The translations under genes and the position numbers were made by a program. The notes beneath the pieces are model-generated. The model was not told the origin of the DNA. It ran no database searches and saw nothing but the letters and a program-made list of their open reading frames with translations. From positions 23,560,001-23,624,000 of the forward strand of contig OX597825.1 in the NCBI GenBank assembly GCA_951406725.2: a stretch of DNA of 64,000 bases, read 5' to 3'. Of the stretch, positions 26,860 to 40,892 are shown piece after piece. Within the stretch, counting starts at the first letter, position 1. The number at the start of each line of letters is the position of its first letter. Origin of the DNA: Octopus vulgaris. Its lineage: Eukaryota.

Positions 26860-29800
26860 AGTAAAAAGCTGTTGAAGTTTGAAGCGCAAATATGAAAGAC
26901 AAGAATGAACGAGAAAAAAGAAGACAGATACAAAAACAATATGGGATGTCTAAACCGAGCGGTAAAAAGAAAAATTTCAGAGGACTACGGGAAAACATAT
27001 AAAAACGAAAAATCAAGGATTTATAAAAAATAATCATATGGTTGAATATGAAACCTTGCCAATAAGCTGACGTAATAAAATTTATGCTTTTGAGTCAGCG
27101 GAATCAATAAATTATGTCACTCATTGCGAAAGTATGTCTGAAGTTCTGCAATTAAAAAATGAATCGTTGAGTGTCGATGAAAGAACAGATATTTTTATTA
27201 GTAAAATTTTGATGAAAAATATTCCGTTCAGGAAAAATAGCCGCTAAAATCTAGGGTACGATTTCATTTTTCAATTAAGAATCAATTACAAATGAGATCA
27301 ACGATTTCTATAAGATCAATCAGTTGGATAAAAAAAATTAGTGATGTCTAGTTTAGATAGTCCATCTGTAATGTTAAGAGAAAAGCAAAAACAACGAATG
27401 GTCATGTGATTCAAACAAGTAAGTTATGATCTGATACAGTAATGATGTGTCATATATTATGAAGATTTATTTACAAGCGTTATTTGGAACACTGTTACAA
27501 TAGTGAAAGATGTAGACATTTTATTCAAGAGAATCTATAAGTAGTTTGAAGAAGTAACCAGTTATAAAATTTTAAACTTTACTATTCGTGGTCTTAATGA
27601 GACGCGAATGTTCTCAAGACATCTGATCTTCAAAGCGATAGATCTAAATGGAGAAATCATTTTAAAATACTTTGAAATTGAAGATATGAAAATAAAGAGC
27701 AAAAATGCTAAATTCTGTAGAAAAGGAAATATGCAAAAGTTAAAAAAAATTAGTTTAATCCCCAGTTGAAAGTGTACATCAGAAGAAAGGAGTGATTTGG
27801 TCGATAGGAAAACGCTATCCAGGGAAAACTGTTTTTCAGAAAAAAACAGTTGAAATTATAATTTCATTCCGCAGGAAAGCAGATGTTTAAAATAAATATC
27901 GGTTTGTTTGAGTGATGTGTGCGCATCTGGGGAAACGTTTCCAGAAAAGCTCCATGCAGTATCGTCTGTATTTGAATTCTTTATTTTACGCCTGAAGACA
28001 TTTTCTATAATCTTTGGCATCATAGAATAAATTCTAGTTGAAAAATATAAACGGCTCAAGAGACTGTGGTAGCATGGTATCTGTGAGGTTTTTGTAATCC
28101 TATACAAGGATTTCTAATATTTTATTAACCCCAAGTGGCAGCGAGCTGGCAGAAACGTGAGCACGCCGGGCGAAATTCTTAGCGGTATTTCGTCTGCCGG
28201 TGTATTCTGAGTTCAAATTCCGCCGAGGTAGACTTTGCCTTTCATCCTTTCGGGGTCTATAAATTAAGTACCAGTTACGCACTGGGGTCAATGTAATCGA
28301 CTTAATTCCTTTGTCTGTCCTTGTTTGCCCCCTCTGTGTTTAGCCCCTTGTGGGCAATAAAGAAATAAGAAACGTGAGCACGCCGGGAAAAATGCTCAGT
28401 TCAAATTTCGCCGAGGTCGACTTTGCCTTTCATCCTTTCGAGATCGATAAAAATAGGTACCATTTGAGCAGTGGAGTTGATGTAATTGACGTACCCGTCT
28501 GCTAAACCTACTGGCCTTGTGTCAAAAGTTGAAACCAATATTTAATAACCCCAAATTTAAACAAAATTCTTGAAACCATTTCAGAAAGAGGTGGCCTACA
28601 GTACAAAACAAGCATATAGTCGTAATGTCATCTCGCTGCTTCTTGATATACGAGCAGCATTTTATGTTGCAAGTGTCGGTCGTGAATAAAGAATGTCGTT
28701 TGATGCAATTTATTGCAGGAATGTCGTCTGGACATGTTTTTACGCGGTAACAGGAAAGGAAGTCTATCTCTAAGAGGTTTACATGCACTGGAAAAATACA
28801 ATGTTTAGAGGAATAAAAACAACCTTCTGACAATTCGAATGTTCGTGTAAGGTTTTGCAGACTTGCCAATTTTCTTTTTATTTGAATGTTTACAGACTTT
28901 GTGTTTTTATTTTTATATTTGACATAGCAACAGAGAAATTATTATTATATTTCCTAGTAAAAGTGGTTTTATTATTTTTTTTTTGTATGAAATTTTTTAA
29001 TGTTAAATATAATACATAAACAACAATTTATTTTAGCCTAATATAATTTACAAAATAAAGTAAAAATATGATTAAATAATGGTATATAGAAAAATCAATA
29101 CAACGATTAAAATATTTCTTTTGTTATACACTAGTTGTAAGTAACTGACTTTTGTTTCATAATCTTAAGACAAAATCAATTATCTTAAATAGCAAAAAAC
29201 AAAACAAAAAAATACATATTTTCTTCACACTTCAGAATAGAAAGAACCACAAGACAAATAACTGGAAGAAGAAGGAATTAAATGGCCAATTCATAAATCG
29301 AGGAAGTTGGATGTGAAGAATGCTGATTGTAGTTCAGAGAAAAAGATTTGAAAAGAGGAACTTAATAACCAGTCGTTGCCACTCAGGAATAAACCGATAG
29401 AACAAAATTGATAAGACAGAGTGATAAGATTTACACAGATAATAGTTATAGAATGTATAGAAACTGAATGAAAGAATTAACCATCTGCTAACCGAGTGCA
29501 ATGCACTGGTGCAAAAAGAGTATAAACGCCGGCATGATTGTGGCGGCAAAAAGATGATTGCGAATCTGGGAGCCTTCACGCTGAACGATACTTGCAGAAT
29601 TTGATTGGATTTTTTCCATAGAAATTGATAATACAATTGAAGCAAGGAGCCAGAAGTCTGATATGAGGATGGAACGCAGAAACAGTATTATAATATTCTC
29701 TTGTTATGGATAAGTCAAGTTGCCCTAAGAAATATTATTATCTAATTTGTTTCGATTTTCTAAAACTGTCAATTTACTTAAAATTATATTATATACTTTT

Positions 29801-30357
29801 TAGTACGAGCGGCTAGTGATGTTAAAATATCCTGACCTATTAAAGGGGCTTTCTAAGGGATTACTATATTACTAAGCGTAATATAGTAATCTATTTCTTT
29901 GGTGTCTAAAGAAGTTATTCAACGATTAAATGAAACCAGGACTATGGACCTCTCATAATTCGATATTATCTCCACCGTCTTTTGCCCTAATATTTTATAA
30001 TCCTTCACCAAGAATATATTTTAGAAACTTATACTTAATACTTACAGCTTCAGTTCACTCCATCCACCCGTATGGGAAACACCTTAAGTAAAGCTGGGTA
30101 GGATTGTCAACCTTTGGATTGGAACATACTCTACAATCGATTTAATATAAAAAGATTAAATGCATAAAACTGTTATACCAAAGGAACCCAAGGTACTTAT
30201 TCAGCAGAGACACGAATTAGAACGTAATGCGAAGAAAGAAAAATACATTTTGGAGATGTATAATGCTCCAGTCTTCATTATTATGTCTTCATGGTATTCT
30301 CTGTGGAATATGTTGAAGCGAACTCAGGACTTACCAATCCAAGTGAGTACAGTTTAA
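26860..30357 (+). pseudogene. Highly decayed Ty3/Gypsy-like pol relic
   Basis: Ordered remnants: WNTVTIVKD, RGLNET, IFKAIDLNG (27626), ISVCLSDVCASGETFPEKLHAVSSVF (27896; YLDD-like), CHSGINR (about 29375; integrase HHCC-like), LDWN..MHKT (about 30110-30170); no LTRs seen. Confidence 0.45.
28135..28540 (+). mobile_element. SINE family B dimer
   Basis: Full unit plus a partial unit with an alternative tail; imperfect flanking repeat TTTA(T/A)TAACCCCA. Confidence 0.88.
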
Positions 30358-30495
30358 TTTTTTATTCTAAACGATTCAAGATGTTTCCTATCATTCGATG
30401 TGGTTGGTCAAAACTGAATTTTACCAAAACACTCGTAAGGTAACTGCCAAGATTCAAAATACCTATTCCTTTGTGTTAAATATACATATGCATAC

Positions 30496-30556
<61 letters not shown>

Positions 30557-30692
30557 GGAAATAAGTAACAAGGATGTCAAGGTACCGTCCGTGTTACTTA
30601 TTTGCTTTTTATTTACCTTCGAGCTATGCGGATAATACCGGACTGACTTGGTGCCTCAACTTACGTATCTAATTCAACAGAACCTTAATCAT

Positions 30693-30723
<31 letters not shown>

Positions 30724-30735
30724 TGTATATATATA

Positions 30736-30911
30736 GGGAAAATTCATTAAAAAACAAAAGACGAAGACAGGTGGTGTAGACAACAAACAGATATATTAGT
30801 ATAACGGTCGGGAAGTGAAAAAGTCTTTAACGTTTCGAGCCTACGCTCTTCCACAGAAAGGAACACAGAAAGAAACAAGGAGAGAAAATAAAGAATGTGT
30901 AGTGACTAGAG

Positions 30912-30912
<1 letters not shown>
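30736..30912 (-). mobile_element. Penelope-type pLTR fragment (family P2) with hammerhead-like motif
   Basis: Minus strand CTTT-CTGTGGAA-GAGC-GTAG-GCTC-GAAAC-GTT-AAAG at 30825-30860. Confidence 0.7.
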
Positions 30913-31000
<88 letters not shown>

Positions 31001-31383
31001 AAAACATACATATATATGTGTGTGTATGGTTATATGCTTGTGTGTATGTATTTATATGTATACATACACACATTCATGTATACATACTTGCATACATACA
31101 TAATACATACATACATACATACATACATACATACATACATACATACATACATACATACATACATACATACATACAAGCGTGCTCACCATAATCAGTTCTG
31201 GATTTAAGCACCTAAAAAAGTGAGAGTGATGTACCAAAACTCTTTGGAGAAGAAAATCGATAAAAATAAACATAATTACAATACCAACCATTGATTTTCA
31301 GATTTAAATTATTTTCTTTTTTTTGTGTGATTACAATGACAAGGTTTAAAAATAAGTTGTTGCATTAGTCAATATTATATGTA

Positions 31384-31414
<31 letters not shown>

Positions 31415-31482
31415 TTGTTTGTATGTATGTATGTATGTATGTATGTATGTATTTATATGTATACACAGACACACTCACACAC

Positions 31483-31527
<45 letters not shown>

Positions 31528-31581
31528 CATACATACATACATATATATATATTCATATATACATTCATATACATGTATATA

Positions 31582-31652
<71 letters not shown>

Positions 31653-31683
31653 GTATACATCTACATACATGTATACATATATA

Positions 31684-32550
31684 CAGGTTTCGGTGAATAA
31701 ATTGTCGTCTAAATTACGCAAAAGTGAAAATAGTACTGACATCTCACTTTAACAGATATATTTACCAAAATTACATTGAAATATCTTGAAATACTAAGGA
31801 GAAAAGTTTTTCCATAACATTACGATTGACTTCAACCATGGCCTCTAGGCGACTTCGCAATATCCTGCAACTCTACTGGGTGGTTTCCTTGTTTAAGTTG
31901 GTGAATGCTGCTACGATCCTTACCTTCAGTTCATCTTTGGTGTTTCAAGGAGTTTTGTTTATCTTTCGCTCAACTGCGCCCCACACATAGTAATCAAAGG
32001 GAGTTGCAGTCTGGGGAGTTAGGTGGGCAGATGTTAGGGATGATGTGGTCGCAGAAATTGCCTGACAGAGCCGTGACTGAGTTCTGCTTCTTGTGTGGCA
32101 TGGTGCAGAGTCCTGTTGCCAAACATAGGGTGTTCCAGCAGCCACCCTTTTGACTCAGGGCAGCACCTCCTCCACCAGGCACTTGATGTAGGCCTCCGTG
32201 TTGATACTGAGGCCGTGTGGGAAGATGAATGGAGACATAACATCACCATCACTAGTGATCACTCCAAACACCATGATGTTGACTGGATGTTTGATTTTTA
32301 TTACTCTGAGTACATGTCTTCAGATTGCACTGTCCTCAGATTGACACCCAAACACACTGAAATGTTCGTATTGGAGCGTTCGTCGCGAATGCCATGCAGT
32401 ACTGCATGTCACTTCCAAATTTCTCGTAGAGTTAATTGTGTATAATTCTGTTTTTCTCACAGTCGGTGCCCAACAGACTCTACCATACTATGTAGTCGAC
32501 AAAATAAAAATCAAGCAATGCGCATGCGTGAAATTAAAAATTGCGACGAC
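31684..32550 (-). mobile_element. Internally deleted Tc1/mariner-superfamily element, DD37D (maT)-like
   Basis: VMVFGVITSDG, YVWQQDSAPCH...PPNSPDCN(S/P)FDYYVWG; about 37 residues between the last two Asp after frameshift repair; TA|CAGG terminus at 31684. Confidence 0.8.
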
Positions 32551-33064
32551 AGCCAAGAAAAAGATGATAATGACGAAGAGGTAATTGTGTAGATTATTAC
32601 TGATTATTTTGACGAGTAAAATTACTATATTAAAATGGTAGCTTAGTTATTTGCGGTGGTGTGAAAATGTCTTTTACTTACTATGTATTTATAGCGCCAA
32701 TAAATTTTGTAACACTCAGAAATATTGAAGGAAGTAAGAAATTTATGGAGAAAGAAACAAACGAATTAAGAGAGTTTGTGTCAGTGATTATGGATAATTG
32801 AATAACAAAACCATAATTCTGAAGAGAGGCCACGATTGGCTGACTACAGACATCAGCCTCTTGGAAGACTTAACTGCGATCAGGCTAAATTTTGAAGTGC
32901 TCAACGAAATACTTGAATATCATAACACAAATTTATTACAATCTTATACGCCTTCTATAATTCGGTGCATTGAGGTCCTCTGTAGGACAACAACACGCCA
33001 ATAAACTACATACATACTTGTATTCATATATATATTCGTGTGTGTGTGTGTGTGTTTTATATGC

Positions 33065-33186
33065 ATAGGCACTGGCTTGGCTATGTGGTAAGTAGTTTGC
33101 TTTCCAATCACATGTCCTCTACTTCAACCTCGGGTCGACCAAAGTCTTCTGAGTATATACATATATATATACATCTAAAGCCCGCC

Positions 33187-33243
<57 letters not shown>

Positions 33244-33362
33244 TGCATATATATTTATACATATATATATATATATACATACATATATACACACACATAT
33301 ATATGCATATAAATATATATACACACAAATATATATATATGTACATACATATATATATATAC

Positions 33363-33395
<33 letters not shown>

Positions 33396-33457
33396 CATAC
33401 ATACATATGTATACACACACATATATATATATATTCATACATATATACATACATACA

Positions 33458-33501
<44 letters not shown>

Positions 33502-33622
33502 CATTCATACATATGTGTCATTGTGTCTGTGTTTGGCTCCTCGCCCCCTTGGCAACTGTTGGTGGTGCGTTTATGTCCCCGTAACTTAGTGGTTTGGCAA
33601 AAGCGATCGATTGAATAAGTAT
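33065..33622 (+). mobile_element. Diverged SINE family A with expanded internal (TA)n
   Basis: Head 33065-33190, body 33515-33622. Confidence 0.65.
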
Positions 33623-33649
33623 ATATATATTTGTGTGTGTGTGTGTTTA

Positions 33650-33777
33650 TATACATACATACATACATACATAAACATACATACAAGCATACATACATAC
33701 ATACATACATACATACATACATACATACAAGCATACATACATACATACATACATACATACATACATACATACATACA

Positions 33778-33811
<34 letters not shown>

Positions 33812-34085
33812 CATACATACATACATACATACATACATACATACATACATACATACATACATACATACATACATACATACATTCATACATACATACATAA
33901 ACATACATACATACATACATACATACATACATACATACATACATACATACATACATACATACATACATACATACATACATACATACATACATACATACAT
34001 ACATACATACATACATACATACATACATACATACATACTTACATACATACATACATAAACATACATACATACATACATACATACA
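33650..34085. repeat. (ATAC)n microsatellite, about 435 bp
   Basis: Direct reading. Confidence 0.97.
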
Positions 34086-34644
34086 CGCAAACATTGACTG
34101 TAAATATTATTAATAAGATTAAAATTAGTCTCAAGACCTATCGAAATATAATAAAGTTAAACAAATGAAACTTTCTGAGATATTAGACAGTCTTCAGTTC
34201 ACTTTGAATTGACCAACACAAAGGTCAAACACGAAAGCATTCAGATATTTAACAGTACACTATTATAAAATGGTCGCCGTGTCATGTTAGGTGTAATACT
34301 TAGCACAGCTGTGCAATATTTCATCTTCATAGATATTCCTGCGGTGTCTCTTGAAAACTTTATGCATGCGTGCATTCTTAGATTATATTTCTTGAAACAG
34401 GTAATTTTCTGAAACCAACTGTGTTCTCTTATAAAACCGTGGCATTGATTGAATGTATTGGAAAATCATTATCGGTGGAGAGGAGACATGTGGTCGGTCT
34501 AGACATCATCTTAGTTGGATATGCTATAACCGATGGGATAGTTTAAATTGAAATGTGAAGGCACCATTGGGGTGGATTGTTTAGTTTCTAATTAAACTAT
34601 ATAGGAATCAGGATGGCTGCAGGGACAGAATTTAACAAAACGTG

Positions 34645-35201
34645 AAGAAGGTGAGCCGGTATAATGTAGTGGGTTGGTATAAGGTAGTGAACTGGTATAA
34701 GGTGGCAAGTTGCCATAAAGCAGTGAGTTGGCACAAGGCGGTGAGCAGGCATAAGACGGCGAATTGACATAAAACGGTGAGCTGGCATAAGACGGTGCGC
34801 TGCTATAAGGCGGCGAACTGATATAAGACAGCGGGTTGGCATGAAGCAGCGAGCTGGCATAAGGCGGTGAGCTGGCATAAGGCGGTGAGCTGGCATAAGG
34901 CGGTGAGCTGGCATAAGGCGGTGAGCTGGCATAAAGCGGTGAGTTGGCATAAGGTGGCCAGTTGGCATAACGCGATGAGTTGGCATAAGGTAGAGAGTTG
35001 GCATAAATCGGTGAGCTGGCATAAGGCGGTGAGTTGGCATAAGGTGGTGAGCTGGCATAGAGTGGCAGGCTGATATAAGACAGTGAGCTGGCATAAGGCG
35101 GCGAGTTGGCGTAAGGCAGTGAGATGGCATAAAGCTGTGAGCTGGCATAAAGTGACAGGCTGATATAAGACAGCGAGCTGGCATAAGGTGTTGAGTTGGC
35201 A
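34645..35201 (+). repeat. 18-bp minisatellite (AAGGCGGTGAGCTGGCAT) x about 31
   Basis: Direct reading; the unit matches the 5' end of SINE family B and runs into a SINE B copy. Confidence 0.92.
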
Positions 35202-35405
35202 GAGTCGTTAGCGTTCCAGACAAATTGCTTTGTGGCTTTTAATCTGTCTTTTCGTTTTAAGTTTAAATTCTGTCTATGTCGACTTAGCTTTATACTTTTG
35301 GGGGTCGGTGAAATAAGTACCAGCTGCAGACTGGCGTCAATGTAATCGACTGGACCACTACTCCAAAATTTCAGGTCTTGTGTATACAGTAGAATAGGAT
35401 TAAAT
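35184..35405 (+). mobile_element. Diverged SINE family B
   Basis: GAGTTGGCAGAGTCGTTAGC head; GGGGTCGGTGAAATAAGTACCAG core. Confidence 0.75.
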
Positions 35406-36128
35406 ATTCATTGGTGGGTAAATAATAACAAAGATTCTTTACTACTATCGTACATTGTACTTTGAAATTTATCTTCTTACAATTCAAGTGAAGTAGAAAA
35501 GAGAATGGATCTACCTCGGATGCGACGATAGGAACACAGTGGTTTCGATGGAACAAAAAATGTACAAAAAAGAGAAATATTACAAACAAGTCTAGCACCA
35601 TTTGTACCAGAGACTTGGCAGCTCATTCAGTATCCGATAGAAAATGCTACAGAAATTTAGGCATATGCGAAAATGCGTTCTATGTAAACACTTTAGAAAA
35701 GGGACCGCGAAAACAGAATTTTAGATCCACGCGAGGACAATAATATGAACCTCAGAGGACTCTGCATACCACAAATCAGTGGTACACTATGTGTTTGTTT
35801 ATTGTATATCGCGGTTTGAGCTTATCGATTTCCCGCTGGACGACCTCAGGGCCATTGATGTCAAAACTCAAAAAGAAGTGAGTTGAGAAACAAATTCATT
35901 CATTTTTCCCCAATTTCTTTTGATCCTTTTTGATGTTATTGAAATTAACACGAAAAATATCGTCGTGGTTTATGATTTTTTTTTTGTGTAGCACTATTCT
36001 TCCTCTACGACTTCTGTTTATCATTTTTGAAATTTCAGTAATTTTTATCGTACTTTCAGACATGTTACGATGGAGTGACAAAAAGAAAAATCGAACGAAC
36101 GGATTTATATGACAATAATAATAAGAGT

Positions 36129-36175
<47 letters not shown>

Positions 36176-36176
<1 letters not shown>

Positions 36177-36530
36177 CAGCAGATGACAACGTGTCTCTAA
36201 AAGAAATGGAGAAACTTTCAAAATACAAAGACCTGGAAATAGAGGTAACTAGAATGTGGAATCTAAAAACAGAAACAATTCCTATCATAATAGGTGCATT
36301 AGGCATGATAAAAAAATATTCAGACAAATACATAACAAAACACCAGGACTTACAAACACATATAACATACAGAAAATTGCACTACTAGGCACTGCACACA
36401 TCCTACGCAGAACACTTTCCATACAATAACCATCAGAGCATCACAACAAAAACTACAGCACATACCCAAGGCACACAGAGCTGCGCTCGGTAGTGAAGTG
36501 AAAGCACGCTATAAAAATAAAACTACTGAA
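36176..36530 (+). mobile_element. R4/Dong 3' fragment in (TAA)n, copy 2
   Basis: Near-identical to 20231-20582 (opposite strand); (TAA)n on both flanks. Confidence 0.92.
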
Positions 36531-36693
36531 TAATAATAATAAAACTAACTACCGTGAGTGACAGCTAAGACTTAAATTACGTGCAAGGATATGTATAATT
36601 TATGCTGAATACACATGGATGTATTTCACATCATCAAACACATTTACATTTCAAACAAACACACACAAACACAGATGCACGTATATTTTGTCT

Positions 36694-36895
36694 GTTACTT
36701 GTTTCAGCCATCAGACTGCGACCATTTTGGGGCAGAGCTTTGAAGAATTTTTGCCGGATGTATTGACCCTAGTACTTTCTAGTTTTAAGCCTGGTACTTG
36801 TCCTAACCTTTTTTTTTATTTTTGCGGAACTGCTAGGTTACGGGAACGCAAACATACCAATACCGGTTGCCAAGCCGTAGTTGGGACAAACATAG

Positions 36896-36965
<70 letters not shown>

Positions 36966-37128
36966 ACATCCGGCGAACATCTTTCAGCTTCCGTCTGCCG
37001 AATCCACTCAAAAGCTTTTGGTCGGCCCGAGGCTAAAGCAGAAAAAAACCTGCCCAAAGAGCCAAGCAGTGAGACGGAACCTAGAAGCATATGGTTGGGG
37101 AGCAAGCTTTTTACCACACAGCCACGCC
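36694..37128 (-). mobile_element. SINE family A
   Basis: Tail, (CA)n and head colinear with the consensus. Confidence 0.8.
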
Positions 37129-37484
37129 AATGTTTGATTTTATATAAAGTTATATAAAAGCAAAAGTCCAGGGTATTCTGTCTGATGAGGCACAACATGT
37201 CGAAACACTGGGGTTTAAGAGTCCTCTGCACCAAAGTCTCGAGTGTGTTGAACAAACTATCCTCATTTCTCCTTTGACGTACTTCACGGCAAGTAACATA
37301 TTTTCTGTTCGTATCTACTTACACGTATTAAGAATGAATTGACAAATATATAAAAAGAAATTTATCGATTAATTCAATACGCTTTTGTAGAATACCATAA
37401 TTGTTGATATTTTAAAGGAAAATATCGACAGATTCTAATGATAGCTAACAAACCGAAACTCATAAAGCAATTTTCCCCGTAAAA

Positions 37485-37742
<258 letters not shown>

Positions 37743-37859
37743 TGGGTGGGGGATGTGCTAGTCGATTATATCGACCCCCCTGTACGCAACTGGTACTTAT
37801 TTCATCGACTCAGAAAGGTTGAAAGGCAAAGTCGAGCTCACACACGCATACACTCACAG

Positions 37860-37920
<61 letters not shown>

Positions 37921-38505
37921 CACAAACGTATGTACGACGGACAACATCTTACAGTTTCCGCTCACAAGATTTCGGTCGGCCCGAGGTTATAGTAGAAGAC
38001 AGTTAGAGGTTATAGTAGAAGACAGTGGGACCGAACCTGGAACCATGTGGTTAGAAAGCAAGTTTCTTACCACACAGCTTCCCCTACTCTAATATGTGTG
38101 TGTGTATGTGTGTGTGTGTGCACGCGCATACATGTATGTAACTTGTGACCATGATACTCTGAGACTATGCATGAATTCATTTTTGCATAATATAAAGCAG
38201 TGTCTGCAATTAGAAATGTGTTGTATTTCTTAGTATTTTGTTCTTTATTGATTTCATGTTTTGTGCTTCCATTTTTATGGAATGGAATCATGAACTTCTC
38301 TGTTATGGTTTTTAATGTCCTGCAGATGTCGTTGTATGGTATTACAAACTGAAATGGTTAGTGAAATCTTTAACAGACCTGAGTTATCATCAGAACCATA
38401 AAGACAGATGCAGTCAATCTCCACCGGTATAATATCATGCAATAATGTTTTCTTATAGAAAATATGTACCTGTTTCTCTCTCTCTCTATATATATCTCTC
38501 TCTCT

Positions 38506-38679
<174 letters not shown>

Positions 38680-38787
38680 TATATGCATGTATATATGCAT
38701 ATATTTATTATATATATATTATATGATATGAGTGTGTGAATATGAGCGTGAGTGTATGTGTGTGTGTGTTTGTGTGTGTGTTTGTGT

Positions 38788-38838
<51 letters not shown>

Positions 38839-38965
38839 CTTCTTCATACTAGAAACAAAACTGCTCCGTTGGATTTTAGAAACTATCAAGTTGGTAGTAA
38901 AAAACATCGCCATTTTAATACAAGCACATGTCATGGCATATGTACTGACATATTTAACCGTCCAT

Positions 38966-39047
<82 letters not shown>

Positions 39048-39692
39048 ATGTATATGTGTGTATGTGTGTGTGTGTGTGTGTGTGCATTCGTTTGAATCAA
39101 TGTATTTTATAGTCTACCGGCAGGAATTTTGCTTCTGTTTTTTTTTTTACTGTTGCAATAATGGTTCATGTTTGTAATTTACGATTTCATCGTAATTTTC
39201 CTGCTTCTCCATTCGTTTTTTAAATTTTTTTTTGTGCGCCAGTCTCTCAATATTGATTACGAAGAAGGGATGTGAATTTGCAACTTAATAACAATACTGG
39301 ACAAAAAGACGTTTATGATTTCAAACCGCTCCGTAGTCGCTCCTTGTTTTTGTAGCTTCTGCGTTCGATAACCTAATTATCAGTGAGAAACAGGAAGTGA
39401 TCTAACAGTCTATATCTACCACTAAAAACGCCGACTTGACCCTGTAGTTTAAGGAATACACTTTTTCACATTTTGTGGCCGTTTAATCCTTCTTGAGAAT
39501 TACTTTAATCTTTTAGTGTTTAAATGGGCCATACCCGTAAGGTGTTGTCCCTCGCATACACTACTTCGGTGTAATTTAGTCGAACGAATCGACTTCAGTA
39601 CATTTTTTAAGCCTGGTAGTACGATACCAGTGGTTTCAGGCTAAAAATTCATAATCATTCAAATGTAGTTTCAATAATACTAACACCTCATA

Positions 39693-40095
39693 GGGCAGCG
39701 AGCTGGCAGTATCGTTAGCATACCGGGTGAAATGCTTTGCGGTATTTCGTCTGTCTTTACGTTCTGCGTTCAAATTCCGCCGAGGTCGACTTTGGTTTTC
39801 ATCATTTTGTACCAGTTCCTTAAGTACCAGTTCCGCACTGGGGTCGATGTAATCGACTTAATACCTATGTTTGTCCTTGTTTGTCCCCTCTATGTTTAGC
39901 CCCTTGTGGGTCATAAAGAAATAGGTATTTCGTCTGTCTTTACGTTCTGCGTTCAAATTTCGCCGAGGTCGACTTCGCCTTTCATCCTTTCGGGGTCGAT
40001 AAATTAAGTACCAGTTACGCACTGGGGTCGATGTAATCGACTTAATTCCTTTGCCTGCCCTTGTTTGCCCTCTCTGAGTTTAGCCCCTTGTGGAC
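39693..40095 (+). mobile_element. SINE family B tandem dimer
   Basis: Head plus two units. Confidence 0.9.
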
Positions 40096-40164
40096 GTTTG
40101 CTAAGCTAATTGCAAACGAGATGTCGAACGAAATTTCGTACATTCTGCCTTTCTTCTGTGACTG

Positions 40165-40428
40165 AATCATTAATACGGCACTCCGTCGGTTACCACCACA
40201 AGGGTTCCAGTTGATCCAATCAACGGAACAGCCTGCTTGTGAAATTAAGGTGCAAGTGGCTGAGCACCCCACATGCACGTGTACCCTTAACGTAGTTCTC
40301 AGGGAGATTCAGCGTGACACAGAGTGTGAGAAGGCAGGCCGTTTGAAATACAGATACAACAGAAAGAGGAAGAAAGAGTGAGAGAAAGTTGTGGTGAAAG
40401 AGTACAGCAGGGTTCGCAACCATCCTCT
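40165..40428. mobile_element. Probable interspersed repeat of another family
   Basis: GC-richer block (GGCACTCCGTCGGTTAC..GGAACAGCCTGC..) that I recall as an octopus repeat; single copy here, so unverified. Confidence 0.4.
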
Positions 40429-40463
40429 GTAAAAAATTTCATGTTTTATATATCATATTATTC

Positions 40464-40523
<60 letters not shown>

Positions 40524-40730
40524 TGATGACAGCTCGTTAACAAATTCTAAGGGTGAAGGAGGGCTGGCAAGATATAGTGAACCATTAAATGTTTGAATTC
40601 ATTGCGGTGTTATAAACTGATTAAATAGCTACAATAAAACATGATGATAGCTTTCTTGCCGTTATCTTTATTATCGTTTTGTATTAATACATATCACAGT
40701 TAATTTCATTATAGATAAATATATATATAG

Positions 40731-40880
40731 TTCAAATTTAAAGAAAATAAAAAAACGAAGAGAGGTATAGAAACAACAAGCAGGTGTATTATTTTAACGT
40801 TCGGGATATATAGAAAAGTATTTTACGTTTCGAGCCTACGCTCTTCGACAGAAAGTATTAAGAGGGAAAAAATGGAGAGA
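40731..40880 (-). mobile_element. Penelope-type pLTR fragment (family P2) with hammerhead-like motif
   Basis: Minus strand TTT-CTGTCGAA-GAGC-GTAG-GCTC-GAAAC-GTA-AAA at 40821-40854; in (TA)n. Confidence 0.7.
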
Positions 40881-40892
40881 ATATATATATAT

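Noticed and set aside
34597-35223. 208-aa (MPAHRL)n ORF as a repetitive protein; array as a CRISPR
   Set aside because: Contiguous 18-bp units with no spacers, derived from a SINE head; the open frame follows from a stop-free unit whose length is a multiple of 3
38310-38362. Possible micro-exon (CCTGCAG...GTTAGT)
   Set aside because: Splice-like words alone are not enough without transcript or homology evidence
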